Shown piece after piece: positions 18,682-28,791 of a stretch of 64,000 nt of DNA (position 1 is the stretch's first letter; each line of letters starts with the position of its first letter). The translations under genes were made by a program, and so were the position numbers. The notes beneath the pieces were generated by a model. The model did not search any database. It was not told the DNA's origin and worked only from the letters and a program-made list of their open reading frames with translations. The DNA is from an uncultured Ruminococcus sp. (lineage in GTDB: Bacteria; Bacillota; Clostridia; Lachnospirales; Lachnospiraceae), in the NCBI GenBank assembly GCA_900544395.1, contig UQVC01000008.1, forward strand, positions 423 to 64,422, in the 5' to 3' direction.

Positions 18682-19266
18682 TTACATGGACAGATTGAGA
18701 AGAAGACGCTTTGTATCCTCTTCTTCGGACTGTCCGTCCGCATGATGATTTTCTACTTTTGCAATCTCCTCCAGGCCCTCGATTCTGGAGAGAAATGTTT
18801 TGTAGTTATGATAAAACTTCACGGAAGAATAGGCGATCTGATTTCGGGTCATCATCTCCCGCACATGTTTTCCCAGTATGTCCAGATCCACCGTTTCACT
18901 GGAAGTATAACCAAAAACCGTTTCATGGGAAATTACCACACATTCCACCGGCATGATCTTCTCTCTGGTAGTCAGTACCAGATCATATACCCGCAATGTA
19001 TGCGGTGCTTTTTCGTTCACTTCCTGCACCAGTTTCTGACCCACAGATTTGTACGGAAACCGGGTGATCACGCCGACCAGTGCTTTTGCAGCCGGAAGGC
19101 AGCCCAAAATAGCGACAATGGTCAGCAGATTTTTTCTGGTTCCTGTCTGCACGTATCCCAGTGTAAACACGGCTGCTACCATTCCGAAATAAATGATCGT
19201 CCGTATGATCTCCACTTTCTTTTTATAATCCAGATATCCTGGATTTCCCTTTGCAACTCGTTTCAT
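18682..19266 (-). CDS. Hypothetical membrane protein
   Basis: ORF with 2 TMs. No motif recognised. Confidence 0.35.
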   Translation of the reverse strand: MKRVAKGNPGYLDYKKKVEIIRTIIYFGMVAAVFTLGYVQTGTRKNLLTIVAILGCLPAAKALVGVITRFPYKSVGQKLVQEVNEKAPHTLRVYDLVLTTREKIMPVECVVISHETVFGYTSSETVDLDILGKHVREMMTRNQIAYSSVKFYHNYKTFLSRIEGLEEIAKVENHHADGQSEEEDTKRLLLNLSM

Positions 19267-19279
19267 TTGTCTTTCACTC

Positions 19280-20047
19280 CTACCTTTTTCCAGCCATTTC
19301 TATTGTCAATATCCACTCTGTGGGAATCAGTCTTCCAAAGAGCCTTGTCAGTTTCATGCAGATTCCATACACAGAGACCGGCTTTCTCTTTCTGGAATCC
19401 AGAAGCGCCTGTCTCACGACTTTGGAAGGATCTGCTAACACCAGTTTCTTCAAAGGGCTTCCCAGGGGGCCGCTGACTTCAAAAAATTCTGTATCCACCG
19501 GTCCCGGGCAGACTGCTGTTACCCAGATCCCCCGTTGTTTCCATTCCGCATGCAATGCCCTGGAAAAGCTGAGCACGTAGGATTTTGTAGCGGCATACAC
19601 GGCAAACCCTGCCTGTGGGAAAAAAGCCGCAGAAGATGCAAGCTGCAAAATCCGGCTTCCTTTGGAAAAATAAGGTTCACATAACAGAGTCATCTCCGTC
19701 AATGCCTGACAATTCAACGAAATCATCCCGGCCTGTGCTCCCGGGCTGTTCTGCTCCAGGTCCGAAATAAGTCCGCTCTTCCCGAATCCTGCGCTGTTGA
19801 CCAGCATGCGGATGTCCGGGCACTCTCTGTTTAGTTCCTCTCGAAAGGTCTGCAAAAACCGGGGACTGGTTAGATCTCCTGCAAAGATCCGCACCGGAAG
19901 ATCCACTTCTTCCTGCAGTTTGCGCAGCCGTTCTTCTCTTCTTGCAGTCACCCATATTTCATCCAGCTGACTGTAAAAATGAGGGATTTGACGTACAAAT
20001 TCCCGCCCCATTCCGGAGGAGGCCCCGGTTACCACTGCAATTCTCAT
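19280..20047 (-). CDS. SDR family oxidoreductase (start at MRIAVVTGASSGMG, 4-nt overlap with the upstream gene)
   Basis: TGASSGMG Rossmann motif, YxxxK. Confidence 0.75.
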   Translation of the reverse strand: MRIAVVTGASSGMGREFVRQIPHFYSQLDEIWVTARREERLRKLQEEVDLPVRIFAGDLTSPRFLQTFREELNRECPDIRMLVNSAGFGKSGLISDLEQNSPGAQAGMISLNCQALTEMTLLCEPYFSKGSRILQLASSAAFFPQAGFAVYAATKSYVLSFSRALHAEWKQRGIWVTAVCPGPVDTEFFEVSGPLGSPLKKLVLADPSKVVRQALLDSRKRKPVSVYGICMKLTRLFGRLIPTEWILTIEMAGKR

Positions 20048-21945
20048 GATCTGCGCCTCTTTTCCGTCTTCTTTTTCTGCACGCTGCGGATGGTCGTTTT
20101 CTTTTTGGGTTTCCGCTCCTTTTGTGACACAGCCTGCTCTTTTTTCAGTCTCCTCGGCCGGATCAGACATTTTGGTCCAAATCCCACCAGATCCATCCTT
20201 CCGGCTTTTTTCAATGCTTCGGATACCAACTCATAATTCTCAGGATTCCGATACTGGATCAACGCTCTCTGAAGCGCTTTTTCATGCGGGTTCTTCGGCA
20301 CATACACCGGTTTCATGGTACGTGGATCTACGCCCGTATAATACATACAGGTAGAGATCGTGGACGGTGTCGGGTAAAAATCCTGTACTTGTTCCGGCAT
20401 ATATCCCAGATCCCGGCAGTACTCTGCCAGCTGCACCGCTTCCTTCAAGGTAGATCCCGGATGGGAAGACATCAGGTACGGCACCAGATACTGATCTTTT
20501 TTCAGTCTTTGATTCATGGCATGGAATTTTTCCGTAAATTTTTCGTAGACTGCATTGGATGGTTTTCCCATCATTTCAAGTACCGGGTCTGCGACGTGCT
20601 CCGGCGCTACTTTTAATTGTCCGCTGACATGATATTCACACAGCTCCCGCAGGAACGTCTCCTTTGGATCTGCCAGAAGATAATCGAACCGGATCCCCGA
20701 ACGGATAAACACTTTCTTTACTTTTGGTACCTTTCTGAGCTTACGCAGTAATTCCACATAATCCTTGTGATCGGCATTGAGATTTTTGCAGGGGGTCGGG
20801 AACAGACACTGCCTGTTCTTGCAGACTCCTTTGGTAAGCTGTTTTTCACAGGAAGGATGACGAAAGTTCGCGGTAGGACCACCCACATCATGGATATATC
20901 CTTTAAAGTCCGGATCCTTTGTGATCTCTTCTGCCTCCTTCAGCAGCGATGCATGGCTTCTGGTCTGCACGATCCGTCCCTGATGAAATGTCAGCGCACA
21001 AAAACTGCATCCGCCAAAACATCCCCGGTTGCTGATGAGACTGAACTTGATCTCTGCCGTAGCCGGAACGCCGCCTTCTTTTTCATAATCCGGGTGTGCA
21101 CAACGTGTGAAAGGCAGTGCATACACGTCATCCATCTCCATTTGCGTCAGTGGTTTGGCCGGCGGATTCTGAACCACATATAAATGATCCGAATATGGCT
21201 CTACCAGACGTTTTCCAGAAAATGGATCGGTATTGCAGTACTGGGTATAAAAACTCTTTGCATAGGTGAGCTTTTCTTTTTTTAGTTCTTCGTAAGACGG
21301 CAGGATCACGGCATCATAAACAGAATCCAGCGATCTGGTTTTGACAACGGTTCCGTCAAGATACGTCAGATCTGAAATGTCAATCCCGGAATCCAGAGCC
21401 TCCGCGATTTCTACGATGGAATGCTCTCCCATTCCATACGAAATCATATCCGCTCCCGAATCCAGCAATATGGAGCGTTTCAGACGGTCAGACCAGTAAT
21501 CGTAATGAGCAAGCCTTCTCAGACTGGCTTCGATCCCGCCCAAAATCACCGGAGTCTGCTTATAGGTCTGACGGATCAGATTGCCATAAACAACTGCCGC
21601 ATAATCGGGACGCTTTCCCATGACGCCGCCGGGTGTGTAAGCATCTGTCTTTCTGCGCTTTTTGGATACGGAATAATGGTTCACCATGGAATCCATATTT
21701 CCCGCAGAAACAAGAAATGCCAGTCTTGGTTCCCCATAAATGGCAATACTGTCTTTCTCTTTCCAGTCCGGCTGGGAGATGATCCCGATCCGATAGCCCC
21801 TGGATTCCAGAAGTCTGGTAATGACCGCTGGTCCAAAGGAGGGATGATCCACATAGGCATCCCCTGTGATATAGACAAAGTCCACCTGATCCCATCCCCG
21901 TGCTTCCATATCTTTTCTGCAAATTGGTAAAAACCGTTCTCTCAT
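20044..21945 (-). CDS. YgiQ/UPF0313 family radical SAM protein
   Basis: N-terminal GDAYVDHPSFG, CFGGCSFC radical SAM cluster, Lys-rich C-terminus. Start chosen at MRERFLP with a GGAG RBS. Confidence 0.8.
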   Translation of the reverse strand: MRERFLPICRKDMEARGWDQVDFVYITGDAYVDHPSFGPAVITRLLESRGYRIGIISQPDWKEKDSIAIYGEPRLAFLVSAGNMDSMVNHYSVSKKRRKTDAYTPGGVMGKRPDYAAVVYGNLIRQTYKQTPVILGGIEASLRRLAHYDYWSDRLKRSILLDSGADMISYGMGEHSIVEIAEALDSGIDISDLTYLDGTVVKTRSLDSVYDAVILPSYEELKKEKLTYAKSFYTQYCNTDPFSGKRLVEPYSDHLYVVQNPPAKPLTQMEMDDVYALPFTRCAHPDYEKEGGVPATAEIKFSLISNRGCFGGCSFCALTFHQGRIVQTRSHASLLKEAEEITKDPDFKGYIHDVGGPTANFRHPSCEKQLTKGVCKNRQCLFPTPCKNLNADHKDYVELLRKLRKVPKVKKVFIRSGIRFDYLLADPKETFLRELCEYHVSGQLKVAPEHVADPVLEMMGKPSNAVYEKFTEKFHAMNQRLKKDQYLVPYLMSSHPGSTLKEAVQLAEYCRDLGYMPEQVQDFYPTPSTISTCMYYTGVDPRTMKPVYVPKNPHEKALQRALIQYRNPENYELVSEALKKAGRMDLVGFGPKCLIRPRRLKKEQAVSQKERKPKKKTTIRSVQKKKTEKRRRS

Positions 21946-21949
21946 GTAT

Positions 21950-22624
21950 TTATACTCCACATCTTTCATATGTTTTTGCTTTGATTTCGTCATAACTGCG
22001 AATAAAATAATCTGCTTTTTCTCTCTTCTCCACTTCATCAGAAGCAGAAAAGGCATCCTCCACTGCGCAGACTGTCATCCCCGCATTTTTTCCGGCCTGG
22101 ATCCCTTTTGGCACATCTTCAAACACCAGACACTCTTTTGGATCTACCTGAAGATCTTCTGCCACTTTCAGATAAACATCCGGAGCCGGCTTTCCTTTTG
22201 CCACCTCACAGGCTGTCCGCACCGAAGAAAAATACTCCCGGATCTGTAACGCATCCAGCGCTGCAAGCGCCAGTTTTTCTGCATTGCTGGTGGCGATTCC
22301 CATGGGGATCTGCTGTTCTTTTAAATATTCCAGAAACGCTCTTGCACCGGGTTTGAGCGGAACTTTTGTCTGATACAGGTGAAGCGTCATCTGGATCCAT
22401 TCTGTTTGTACTTCCTCTATGGTCTGATGTAAGGTTGGAAACACATCCAGAAAATACTGGGCGGTTTCGGTATAACTCTTTCCTTCCAGCGCTTTTGCAA
22501 AGCCATCCGGAGGAGTCAGATGATATTTTTCCAGATAAATGCGGTCTACCTCCGGCCAGATCCACATAGAATCTGTCAATGTACCATCCATATCAAAAAT
22601 TACTGCTTTTTTCCCAGTGAGCAT
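21950..22624 (-). CDS. HAD-superfamily hydrolase (beta-phosphoglucomutase-like)
   Basis: FDMDGTL motif I and downstream HAD motifs. Confidence 0.75.
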   Translation of the reverse strand: MLTGKKAVIFDMDGTLTDSMWIWPEVDRIYLEKYHLTPPDGFAKALEGKSYTETAQYFLDVFPTLHQTIEEVQTEWIQMTLHLYQTKVPLKPGARAFLEYLKEQQIPMGIATSNAEKLALAALDALQIREYFSSVRTACEVAKGKPAPDVYLKVAEDLQVDPKECLVFEDVPKGIQAGKNAGMTVCAVEDAFSASDEVEKREKADYFIRSYDEIKAKTYERCGV

Positions 22625-23325
22625 AATACTTCCTTCTCTTTCTCTGTCAATTCCCGATATTCGCCGGGCTTTAATGTGTCATCCAGTTTCAAAGGGCCCA
22701 TCTCCAGACGCTTTAAATACAATACCTGTTTTCCTACTGCTTCAAACATCCGCTTGACCTGATGGAACTTCCCTTCACAGATCGTCAGCAGAATCTCCGA
22801 GATATCGCCTGCTTTGAGGATCTTTAACAGTGCCGGACGGGTCAGCTTTTCCTCCTGAATATCCACCCCTTCTGCAAAGGCATGGATATCTTCTTCTGTC
22901 ACGAAGCCCTGTACTTTTGCATAGTATACTTTCTCTACGTGCTTCTTCGGAGCAAGCAGACGATGCGCCAGCTCCCCGTCGTTTGTGATCAGAAGCAGTC
23001 CTTCCGTATCTTTGTCCAGGCGCCCCACCGGAAACAGATCTTTTCGCTTTTTGGTTTCGATCAGATCCAGAACCGTCTTCTCTTTGGAGTCTTCGGTTGC
23101 CGAAATCACTCCCGCCGGCTTATGAAGCATATAATATTCCTTCTGCAGATACCCCACAGTCTGACCGCCAAAGGTCACCTGCATACAATCCGTATCGATT
23201 TTGGTCTCCGGCTTTTTCACACAGCAGCCATCTACGGATACCAGACCTTTGCCGATGGCTTTTTTCACTTCACTTCTGGTTCCCATCCCCATGTCCGCAA
23301 GATATTTATCTAATCTTATCTTCAT
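22600..23325 (-). CDS. RsuA/RluB-family pseudouridine synthase
   Basis: S4 domain plus GRLDKDTEGLLL motif. Start at MKIRLDKYLA with an AAGGA RBS. Confidence 0.75.
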   Translation of the reverse strand: MKIRLDKYLADMGMGTRSEVKKAIGKGLVSVDGCCVKKPETKIDTDCMQVTFGGQTVGYLQKEYYMLHKPAGVISATEDSKEKTVLDLIETKKRKDLFPVGRLDKDTEGLLLITNDGELAHRLLAPKKHVEKVYYAKVQGFVTEEDIHAFAEGVDIQEEKLTRPALLKILKAGDISEILLTICEGKFHQVKRMFEAVGKQVLYLKRLEMGPLKLDDTLKPGEYRELTEKEKEVLCSLGKKQ

Positions 23326-23336
23326 GTTGTTCATCC

Positions 23337-24719
23337 TTATGACTGCCAACGCCATCCCGGCAGATACTTATTTTTCAGCGCCTGATTGGCAAGTTTTCCA
23401 AATCCCAGCGGGTAACCGTCCACACAGACCAGATACCATCCTTTATCGTTTCGTCCGGTCAGATCTTCTACATCCAGCGTCTCCCCTTTGAGATACTTGA
23501 TGACGCGTTCATCCTGCACACTCAGATTTAAAATCTTGGCATACTCTTCCCGCTTTAATGACATGGCAAATGCCTGGCTTGGCTCAAATCGTTTTTTCTT
23601 CAGTTCTCCCAGCAAAAGCCCGGTACGCAAAAAGCGGATCCCGGTTAAGTTCGGCAGACCCTGGGGCATGTAATATACCCGTTCCCCATGGATCTCCACT
23701 CTGGAAGGATCCAGTTTCCAGGAAACATCTTGAAAAAATTCTTCCAACTCCAGCGGCAGTTTTCCACCCTTTTTGCAGTTTTTCTCTTTCAGGGAAACCG
23801 CCGGCGCATCTCCTTTTTTCAACAGCGCCAGATAATGGCCTTCTCCTTCCATTCGGTGCGGAAAAATCCGTACCGTCTTCGCAAATTCTGGATTCTTGCT
23901 TTTGGTAACTTCCGGCATCCCGTTTGCAAATCCTTCATATCCTTCCATCTCACAAATCTGAAACTCCGGATATTCTTCCAGCAGATATTCGATGGTCTGT
24001 TCATTTTCCGACGGATCAAAGGTACAGGTGGAATACAGCATCATGCCTCCAGGCCGCAGCATGGAAGCCGCCTGCGTCACGATACTTCTCTGGATCTTCG
24101 AGAAAAATTCCGGCCCGTGCTCTTCCCAGGCCTTGACCATTTTCTTATCCTTTCGGAACATCCCCTCTCCGGAACAAGGAGCGTCGATCAGGATCTTATC
24201 AAAATATTCCGGAAAATACTCGGTCAGTCGTCCCGGCTCTTCGCTGAGGACCAGCATATTTCCGATGCCAAACAACTCTATATTTTTTAACAGGCCTTTT
24301 GCCCGGGAATTGCTGATATCATTTGCCATCAAAACCCCTTCTCCCTGCAGCTTGGCGCCAAGTTCTGTGGCTTTTCCTCCCGGAGCTGCACATACATCCA
24401 GCACCTTATCTCCCGGCTCGATCCAAAGACGATCTGCAGGTGTCATGGCGCTTGGCTCCTGTAAATAGTAAAGTCCTGCAAAATAATAAGGATGCTTCGC
24501 GGGCTGAATCTGATCTCCGTCATAATAAAAGCCATTGGAAATCCACGGAACCGGGCGCAGCGGCCATGGCGCGATCTTTAAAAATTCTTCTACCGAAATT
24601 TTATTGGTATTCACCCGGAGCCCATAATGCCTCGGTTCTTCATAACACTGTAAATATGCTTCGTATTCTTCCCCTAACAGGGATTTCATTTTTTCTTCAA
24701 ATGTACTTGGTAAATTCAT
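23337..24719 (-). CDS. RsmB/RsmF-family rRNA cytosine-C5 methyltransferase
   Basis: NOL1/NOP2/Sun motifs (DxCAAPGGK, PCSG). Start with a GGAGGAG RBS. Confidence 0.75.
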   Translation of the reverse strand: MNLPSTFEEKMKSLLGEEYEAYLQCYEEPRHYGLRVNTNKISVEEFLKIAPWPLRPVPWISNGFYYDGDQIQPAKHPYYFAGLYYLQEPSAMTPADRLWIEPGDKVLDVCAAPGGKATELGAKLQGEGVLMANDISNSRAKGLLKNIELFGIGNMLVLSEEPGRLTEYFPEYFDKILIDAPCSGEGMFRKDKKMVKAWEEHGPEFFSKIQRSIVTQAASMLRPGGMMLYSTCTFDPSENEQTIEYLLEEYPEFQICEMEGYEGFANGMPEVTKSKNPEFAKTVRIFPHRMEGEGHYLALLKKGDAPAVSLKEKNCKKGGKLPLELEEFFQDVSWKLDPSRVEIHGERVYYMPQGLPNLTGIRFLRTGLLLGELKKKRFEPSQAFAMSLKREEYAKILNLSVQDERVIKYLKGETLDVEDLTGRNDKGWYLVCVDGYPLGFGKLANQALKNKYLPGWRWQS

Positions 24720-24767
24720 AGTTCTCCTCCACATGAACATGATTATATCATACTTCCCATGACAAGA

Positions 24768-25607
24768 CTACCTGGAATCCGCACATTTTATCCGTGTGTT
24801 CTGGATATAAGAAAGCACCGGATATGGATTCACACTGACTTCTTCTGTCTGATCCCGCAAATAAATCCCCAGATGCAAATGAACCGGAAACTTCCCGGTC
24901 GTTCCTTCTTCCTTTCCATATCCACTGTCTCCCATATATCCCAGAAGCTGTCCTGCTTGAATGGAATCTCCTTTTTTAACAGACCCATAAGAGTCCAGAT
25001 GGGCATAGTAAAAATAGGCGCCCGATGGCGCAGTGATCCCAATCCTCCACCCTCCCTGCTCCAGCCAGCCTTTTTCTGTCACCACTCCATCTGTCATACT
25101 GACCACAGGATAATAACCCGGTACATTTTTTTCTGCCATGATATCGGTTCCTTCATGCCCCCTCTTTCCTCCATAATTTCTCTCAAACATCCACGAGTCT
25201 GTAAAGGAAACATCTGCATCTTCTGACAACAGGCGGGCAACCGGGAAATATTGGACATCATTCCAGATGGCTCTGCACATCTGCACATAAGGCTCCCATC
25301 CCGCTTTCGTTCTCCATCGGGAAAACAGTCTTTGAAACGTCTCCTCTGAAAATGGACCCGGAAATTCCCTGGCGGAAAAATCCGTTGCCATCCAATACAG
25401 TGCAGCCTCTCTTCCCGGATCCCCGGTATTGGCAAGATAATCCTGCATGGGTGCAGAAAGGCTCTGCCTGCGAAACTCCGGCTTCTGAACCGTAAAATGC
25501 TGCAATCGCTGAAAACTGCTCTCAGAAAACAAAAACATGGTTCCCCATACCGTAAAAAAAACCAGCAAAAACAGACTGACCAGATACTTTTGATCATGTC
25601 GTTTCAT
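24768..25607 (-). CDS. M23 family metallopeptidase
   Basis: HEGTD...HLH LytM-type motifs. Confidence 0.75.
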   Translation of the reverse strand: MKRHDQKYLVSLFLLVFFTVWGTMFLFSESSFQRLQHFTVQKPEFRRQSLSAPMQDYLANTGDPGREAALYWMATDFSAREFPGPFSEETFQRLFSRWRTKAGWEPYVQMCRAIWNDVQYFPVARLLSEDADVSFTDSWMFERNYGGKRGHEGTDIMAEKNVPGYYPVVSMTDGVVTEKGWLEQGGWRIGITAPSGAYFYYAHLDSYGSVKKGDSIQAGQLLGYMGDSGYGKEEGTTGKFPVHLHLGIYLRDQTEEVSVNPYPVLSYIQNTRIKCADSR

Positions 25608-25725
25608 CGTCTTTCCTCATCAACCGTCTTTGTCATATCCTATGTCATGCTTTCTTCGAACTTTCCCTCATAAAACCTGTTTTTCTTTCATATCCATTAG
25701 CAACAGAAACTTAGGGAGACCTGCT

Positions 25726-26661
25726 GTGAAAAAAAATATTTCTCCGGTGATACTGATGCTTTGCTTTGGGCTGATGCTATTGCTTCCGGAAGAAGTCTTT
25801 CAGGGAGCAAGCAACGGATTGCTTTTGTGGTTTCATACCATTTTACCAACGCTGTTTCCTTTTTTACTGATCACCGGTTTGTTGATGGGTACCGGGAGCA
25901 TTGTCTGGTTCTCCCGCCTGCTCGGCCCCCTGTTACGAAAACTGTTTTGTGTATCGCCAGCCGGCAGTTTTGCGATACTCGCGGGCTTTCTCTGTGGGTA
26001 TCCGATGGGTGCAAAAGTAGCGGCAGACCTGACCGTCCAGAAACAGATTTCCAGAGAAGAAGGGGCTTATCTCCTGTCCTTTTGCAACAATACAAGTCCA
26101 GGTTTTCTGTTTCATGTAGTAGTACTGAAAACACTGGGAGATTCTCGATTTTTACTTCCCTCCCTTGGGATCCTTCTTCTGGCTCCCTGCATCATCAGCC
26201 TGTTTACACGAAACTACTATTTGAAATCCGGCCAAAAATATTTTCCATCGGTTTCCCCTTCTTCTCAGGGAAGACAAGGATGGTCTCTGGAACTTCTTGA
26301 CCATTGTATCATGGACAGCTTTGAAGTACTGACAAAAGTAGGCGGATATATTATGCTCTTTTCTGTTATGATCTCTGTGTTGGAAATGTTCGTTCCTCAT
26401 GTTCCGATCATTGGTATTTGTCTGCCTCTGTTAGAGATTACAAATGGGATCCAAATGCTTGGAAAGACATCCCTTCCGCTTTTGTTTCAATATCCACTTT
26501 TGCTTTCCCTGAGTGCTTTCGGAGGGTGCTGTGCCATCGCACAGACCCAGTGTATGGTACAAAAAGCCGGATTCCCCCTCTTTCCTTACATATTACAAAA
26601 GCTGGCTACCGCAGTGGTAACCAGCTTGCTCAGTCTTATTTATCTATTGTACTTCACCTGA
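25726..26661 (+). CDS. ylbJ: Sporulation integral membrane protein YlbJ-like (GTG start)
   Basis: Polytopic nucleoside-transporter/Gate-like membrane protein. GTG at 25726 with a GGGAG RBS. Neighbourhood (coaD, rsmD) matches the ylb locus. Confidence 0.6.
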   Translation: MKKNISPVILMLCFGLMLLLPEEVFQGASNGLLLWFHTILPTLFPFLLITGLLMGTGSIVWFSRLLGPLLRKLFCVSPAGSFAILAGFLCGYPMGAKVAADLTVQKQISREEGAYLLSFCNNTSPGFLFHVVVLKTLGDSRFLLPSLGILLLAPCIISLFTRNYYLKSGQKYFPSVSPSSQGRQGWSLELLDHCIMDSFEVLTKVGGYIMLFSVMISVLEMFVPHVPIIGICLPLLEITNGIQMLGKTSLPLLFQYPLLLSLSAFGGCCAIAQTQCMVQKAGFPLFPYILQKLATAVVTSLLSLIYLLYFT

Positions 26662-27225
26662 AAAATCCTGTCCTTCTTCTTCCACAGGGGATTCCAGCTC
26701 TGCACGATTGGTACGTACCACATCGTAACATTCCTGAAGGGAATTGATCAGTCCGTCATATTTCGTGGTATAACTGTCCAGTGTATGTCCGATGATGCTT
26801 TCTGCGTTGGCAAGCAGATCGTCCGTATACTGGATCGCGCCCATGCGGATCTCATTGGCATCCATAGTCGCATTGTCAATGATCTCCTGCGCCTGTGCGG
26901 TTGCCTGTGTTACGATCTCGTTGGCCTGTGCATAGGCCTGCTGCATGATCTCATGTTCACTGACAAGCTCTGTTGTCTGAACCTGCGCCTCTTCGATCAT
27001 GGCATCTGCCTTTGCTTTTGCATCAGCCAGGATTGCGTCCCGGTTGCTGATGATCTTCTGATATCTTTTGATCTCATCCGGAGTCTTCATTCTCAGCTCT
27101 CTTAAAAGTTCATCCAGATGCTCTTTATTTACAATAATCTTGGTGGAAGACAGTGCGAGGTAATTACAATCCTTGTCAATGTACTCCTCGATCTCTTCAA
27201 TAATCTGCTCAATACGGCTGCTCAT
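26644..27225 (-). CDS. Coiled-coil hypothetical protein
   Basis: Ala/Gln/Glu-rich heptad repeats only. Confidence 0.35.
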   Translation of the reverse strand: MSSRIEQIIEEIEEYIDKDCNYLALSSTKIIVNKEHLDELLRELRMKTPDEIKRYQKIISNRDAILADAKAKADAMIEEAQVQTTELVSEHEIMQQAYAQANEIVTQATAQAQEIIDNATMDANEIRMGAIQYTDDLLANAESIIGHTLDSYTTKYDGLINSLQECYDVVRTNRAELESPVEEEGQDFSGEVQ

Positions 27226-27227
27226 AG

Positions 27228-27719
27228 TTACACTCTCCTTTTTGCTTTCATCTTCGCTTCCAACTCTTCTGCCACCGCTTCTGGCACAAACTGTGAAACA
27301 TCTCCCCCATAAGCGGCAATCTCCCGAACGGTTGTGGAGCTTAAGTAAGAATATTCGATACTGGTTGTCAGAAACATGGTTTCCAGATCCGGCTCCAGTT
27401 TATGGTTGGTCTGCGACATCTGCAATTCATATTCAAAATCGGTGATCGCCCGAAGTCCTCTGATGATCACAAATGCATCCATCTGACGGGCGAAATCGAT
27501 CAAAAGCCCATGAAATGGAACAATTCTGACATTTGTCAGGTCTTTGGTCGCTTCCTTTAACATTTTAACACGTTCTTCGACAGAAAACAACGGCATTTTC
27601 GCATTATTATTCAGCACTCCGACTACCAGTTCATCCACAATTTTACAGGATCTTCTGATGATATCCAAATGCCCGTATGTAACCGGATCAAAACTGCCCG
27701 GATAAATGGCTCTTAACAT
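27228..27719 (-). CDS. coaD: Phosphopantetheine adenylyltransferase
   Basis: [21 protein letters not shown] signature. Confidence 0.9.
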   Translation of the reverse strand: MLRAIYPGSFDPVTYGHLDIIRRSCKIVDELVVGVLNNNAKMPLFSVEERVKMLKEATKDLTNVRIVPFHGLLIDFARQMDAFVIIRGLRAITDFEYELQMSQTNHKLEPDLETMFLTTSIEYSYLSSTTVREIAAYGGDVSQFVPEAVAEELEAKMKAKRRV

Positions 27720-28282
27720 ATCTCTTCCTTTCCAGCTTTCTCGATGAAGACATGCTTGTTTGTCTTGTATTCTTTTTCTTTGATCAACACAAATCCCAAA
27801 TCTTCCAGATAAGAAAAATCTGTATGCCTGGAAGCTTCTACGATGATCAGTGTATCTTCATAGATTAAATCCGATCCGGATAAATAGGTCAGGACTTCCT
27901 TTTCTAATTCCTGATCATACGGAGGATCCATAAACACAAAGTCAAAGACCTTTTCTCCTTCTAACTGATACAGGGCACTCAAAGCATCCCTGGTCAGCGT
28001 CATTCCTTTTTCCGCAAGTTTTGTATGCTTTAAATTCTCTTTGATGCATGCCATTGCTTTTGGATTTTTTTCTACAAAAACAGCTTCCCTGGCTCCCCGG
28101 CTTAAGGCTTCGATCCCGATTCCGCCGCTTCCGCTGAACAGATCCAGAAAAACGCTTCCGAAAACAGACGGCGCAATCATATTAAAAAGTGTCTCTTTGA
28201 TTCGGTCTGTCGTTGGTCTGGTATCCATTCCGTCCAAAGTTTTTAACTGCAGTCTTTTTGCAGTTCCTGCGATTACTCTCAT
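27713..28282 (-). CDS. rsmD: 16S rRNA (guanine966-N2)-methyltransferase
   Basis: RsmD family motifs ([13 protein letters not shown]). Confidence 0.85.
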   Translation of the reverse strand: MRVIAGTAKRLQLKTLDGMDTRPTTDRIKETLFNMIAPSVFGSVFLDLFSGSGGIGIEALSRGAREAVFVEKNPKAMACIKENLKHTKLAEKGMTLTRDALSALYQLEGEKVFDFVFMDPPYDQELEKEVLTYLSGSDLIYEDTLIIVEASRHTDFSYLEDLGFVLIKEKEYKTNKHVFIEKAGKEEIC

Positions 28283-28388
28283 ACGCACCTCCATTTTCTT
28301 AACTATGCTGAATTTTAGCAGAAAAAAGCACTCAGGTCAATCCCAAGTGCTTTTTTTCGACTGATTCCGCTTCAGAAACAAATGCAGC

Positions 28389-28595
28389 TTATTTGCCTGC
28401 CATCTGTTTTTCCTGCTGCTCGATCATTTTCTTTACCATATAACCTCCAACAGATCCATTCTGTTTGGAAGTTAAGTCTCCGTTGTAACCGTCTGTCAGC
28501 GGTACTCCAAGTTCGCTTGCCACCTCGTATTTAAACTTGTCCAATGCTCCCTTTGCTTCTGGTACTGCTGTTCGATTAGATGAACGACTTGCCAT
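28389..28595 (-). CDS. Alpha/beta-type small acid-soluble spore protein
   Basis: Canonical SASP germination-protease cleavage region and DNA-binding motif (KFKYEVASELGV...GGYM). GGAGG RBS. Confidence 0.85.
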   Translation of the reverse strand: MASRSSNRTAVPEAKGALDKFKYEVASELGVPLTDGYNGDLTSKQNGSVGGYMVKKMIEQQEKQMAGK

Positions 28596-28791
28596 GATAA
28601 TTTCCTCCTTTTCGTAACTTCTTTTTGTTACCTCTTTTTGTAGTCTTATAACCCACGCATCGGACCGCATCTGCATCCTTTTTGCTGCATGTTCATGCGG
28701 CCTTTGTGATGCGTCTGCATTCCGTTCGCCTGTGTTACATCCATAGTATGTGGAGGAATTTGATTTTTAATCTGGTAATTTCTGGCAGTTT

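Noticed and set aside
20044-22056. Using the first ATG (22056) as the YgiQ start, overlapping the HAD gene by ~100 nt
   Set aside because: The conserved YgiQ N-terminus begins at MRERFLP (ATG 21945), which has a GGAG RBS and clears the upstream stop.
28596-28791. tgcat-rich dyads (GGaCCGCAT...ATGCGGCC) between recG and the SASP gene as a possible riboswitch or ncRNA
   Set aside because: Most simply the recG terminator-like hairpin plus the forespore promoter region of the SASP gene. I could not convincingly match a sigma-G/-F consensus by eye, and there is no conserved RNA-family architecture.
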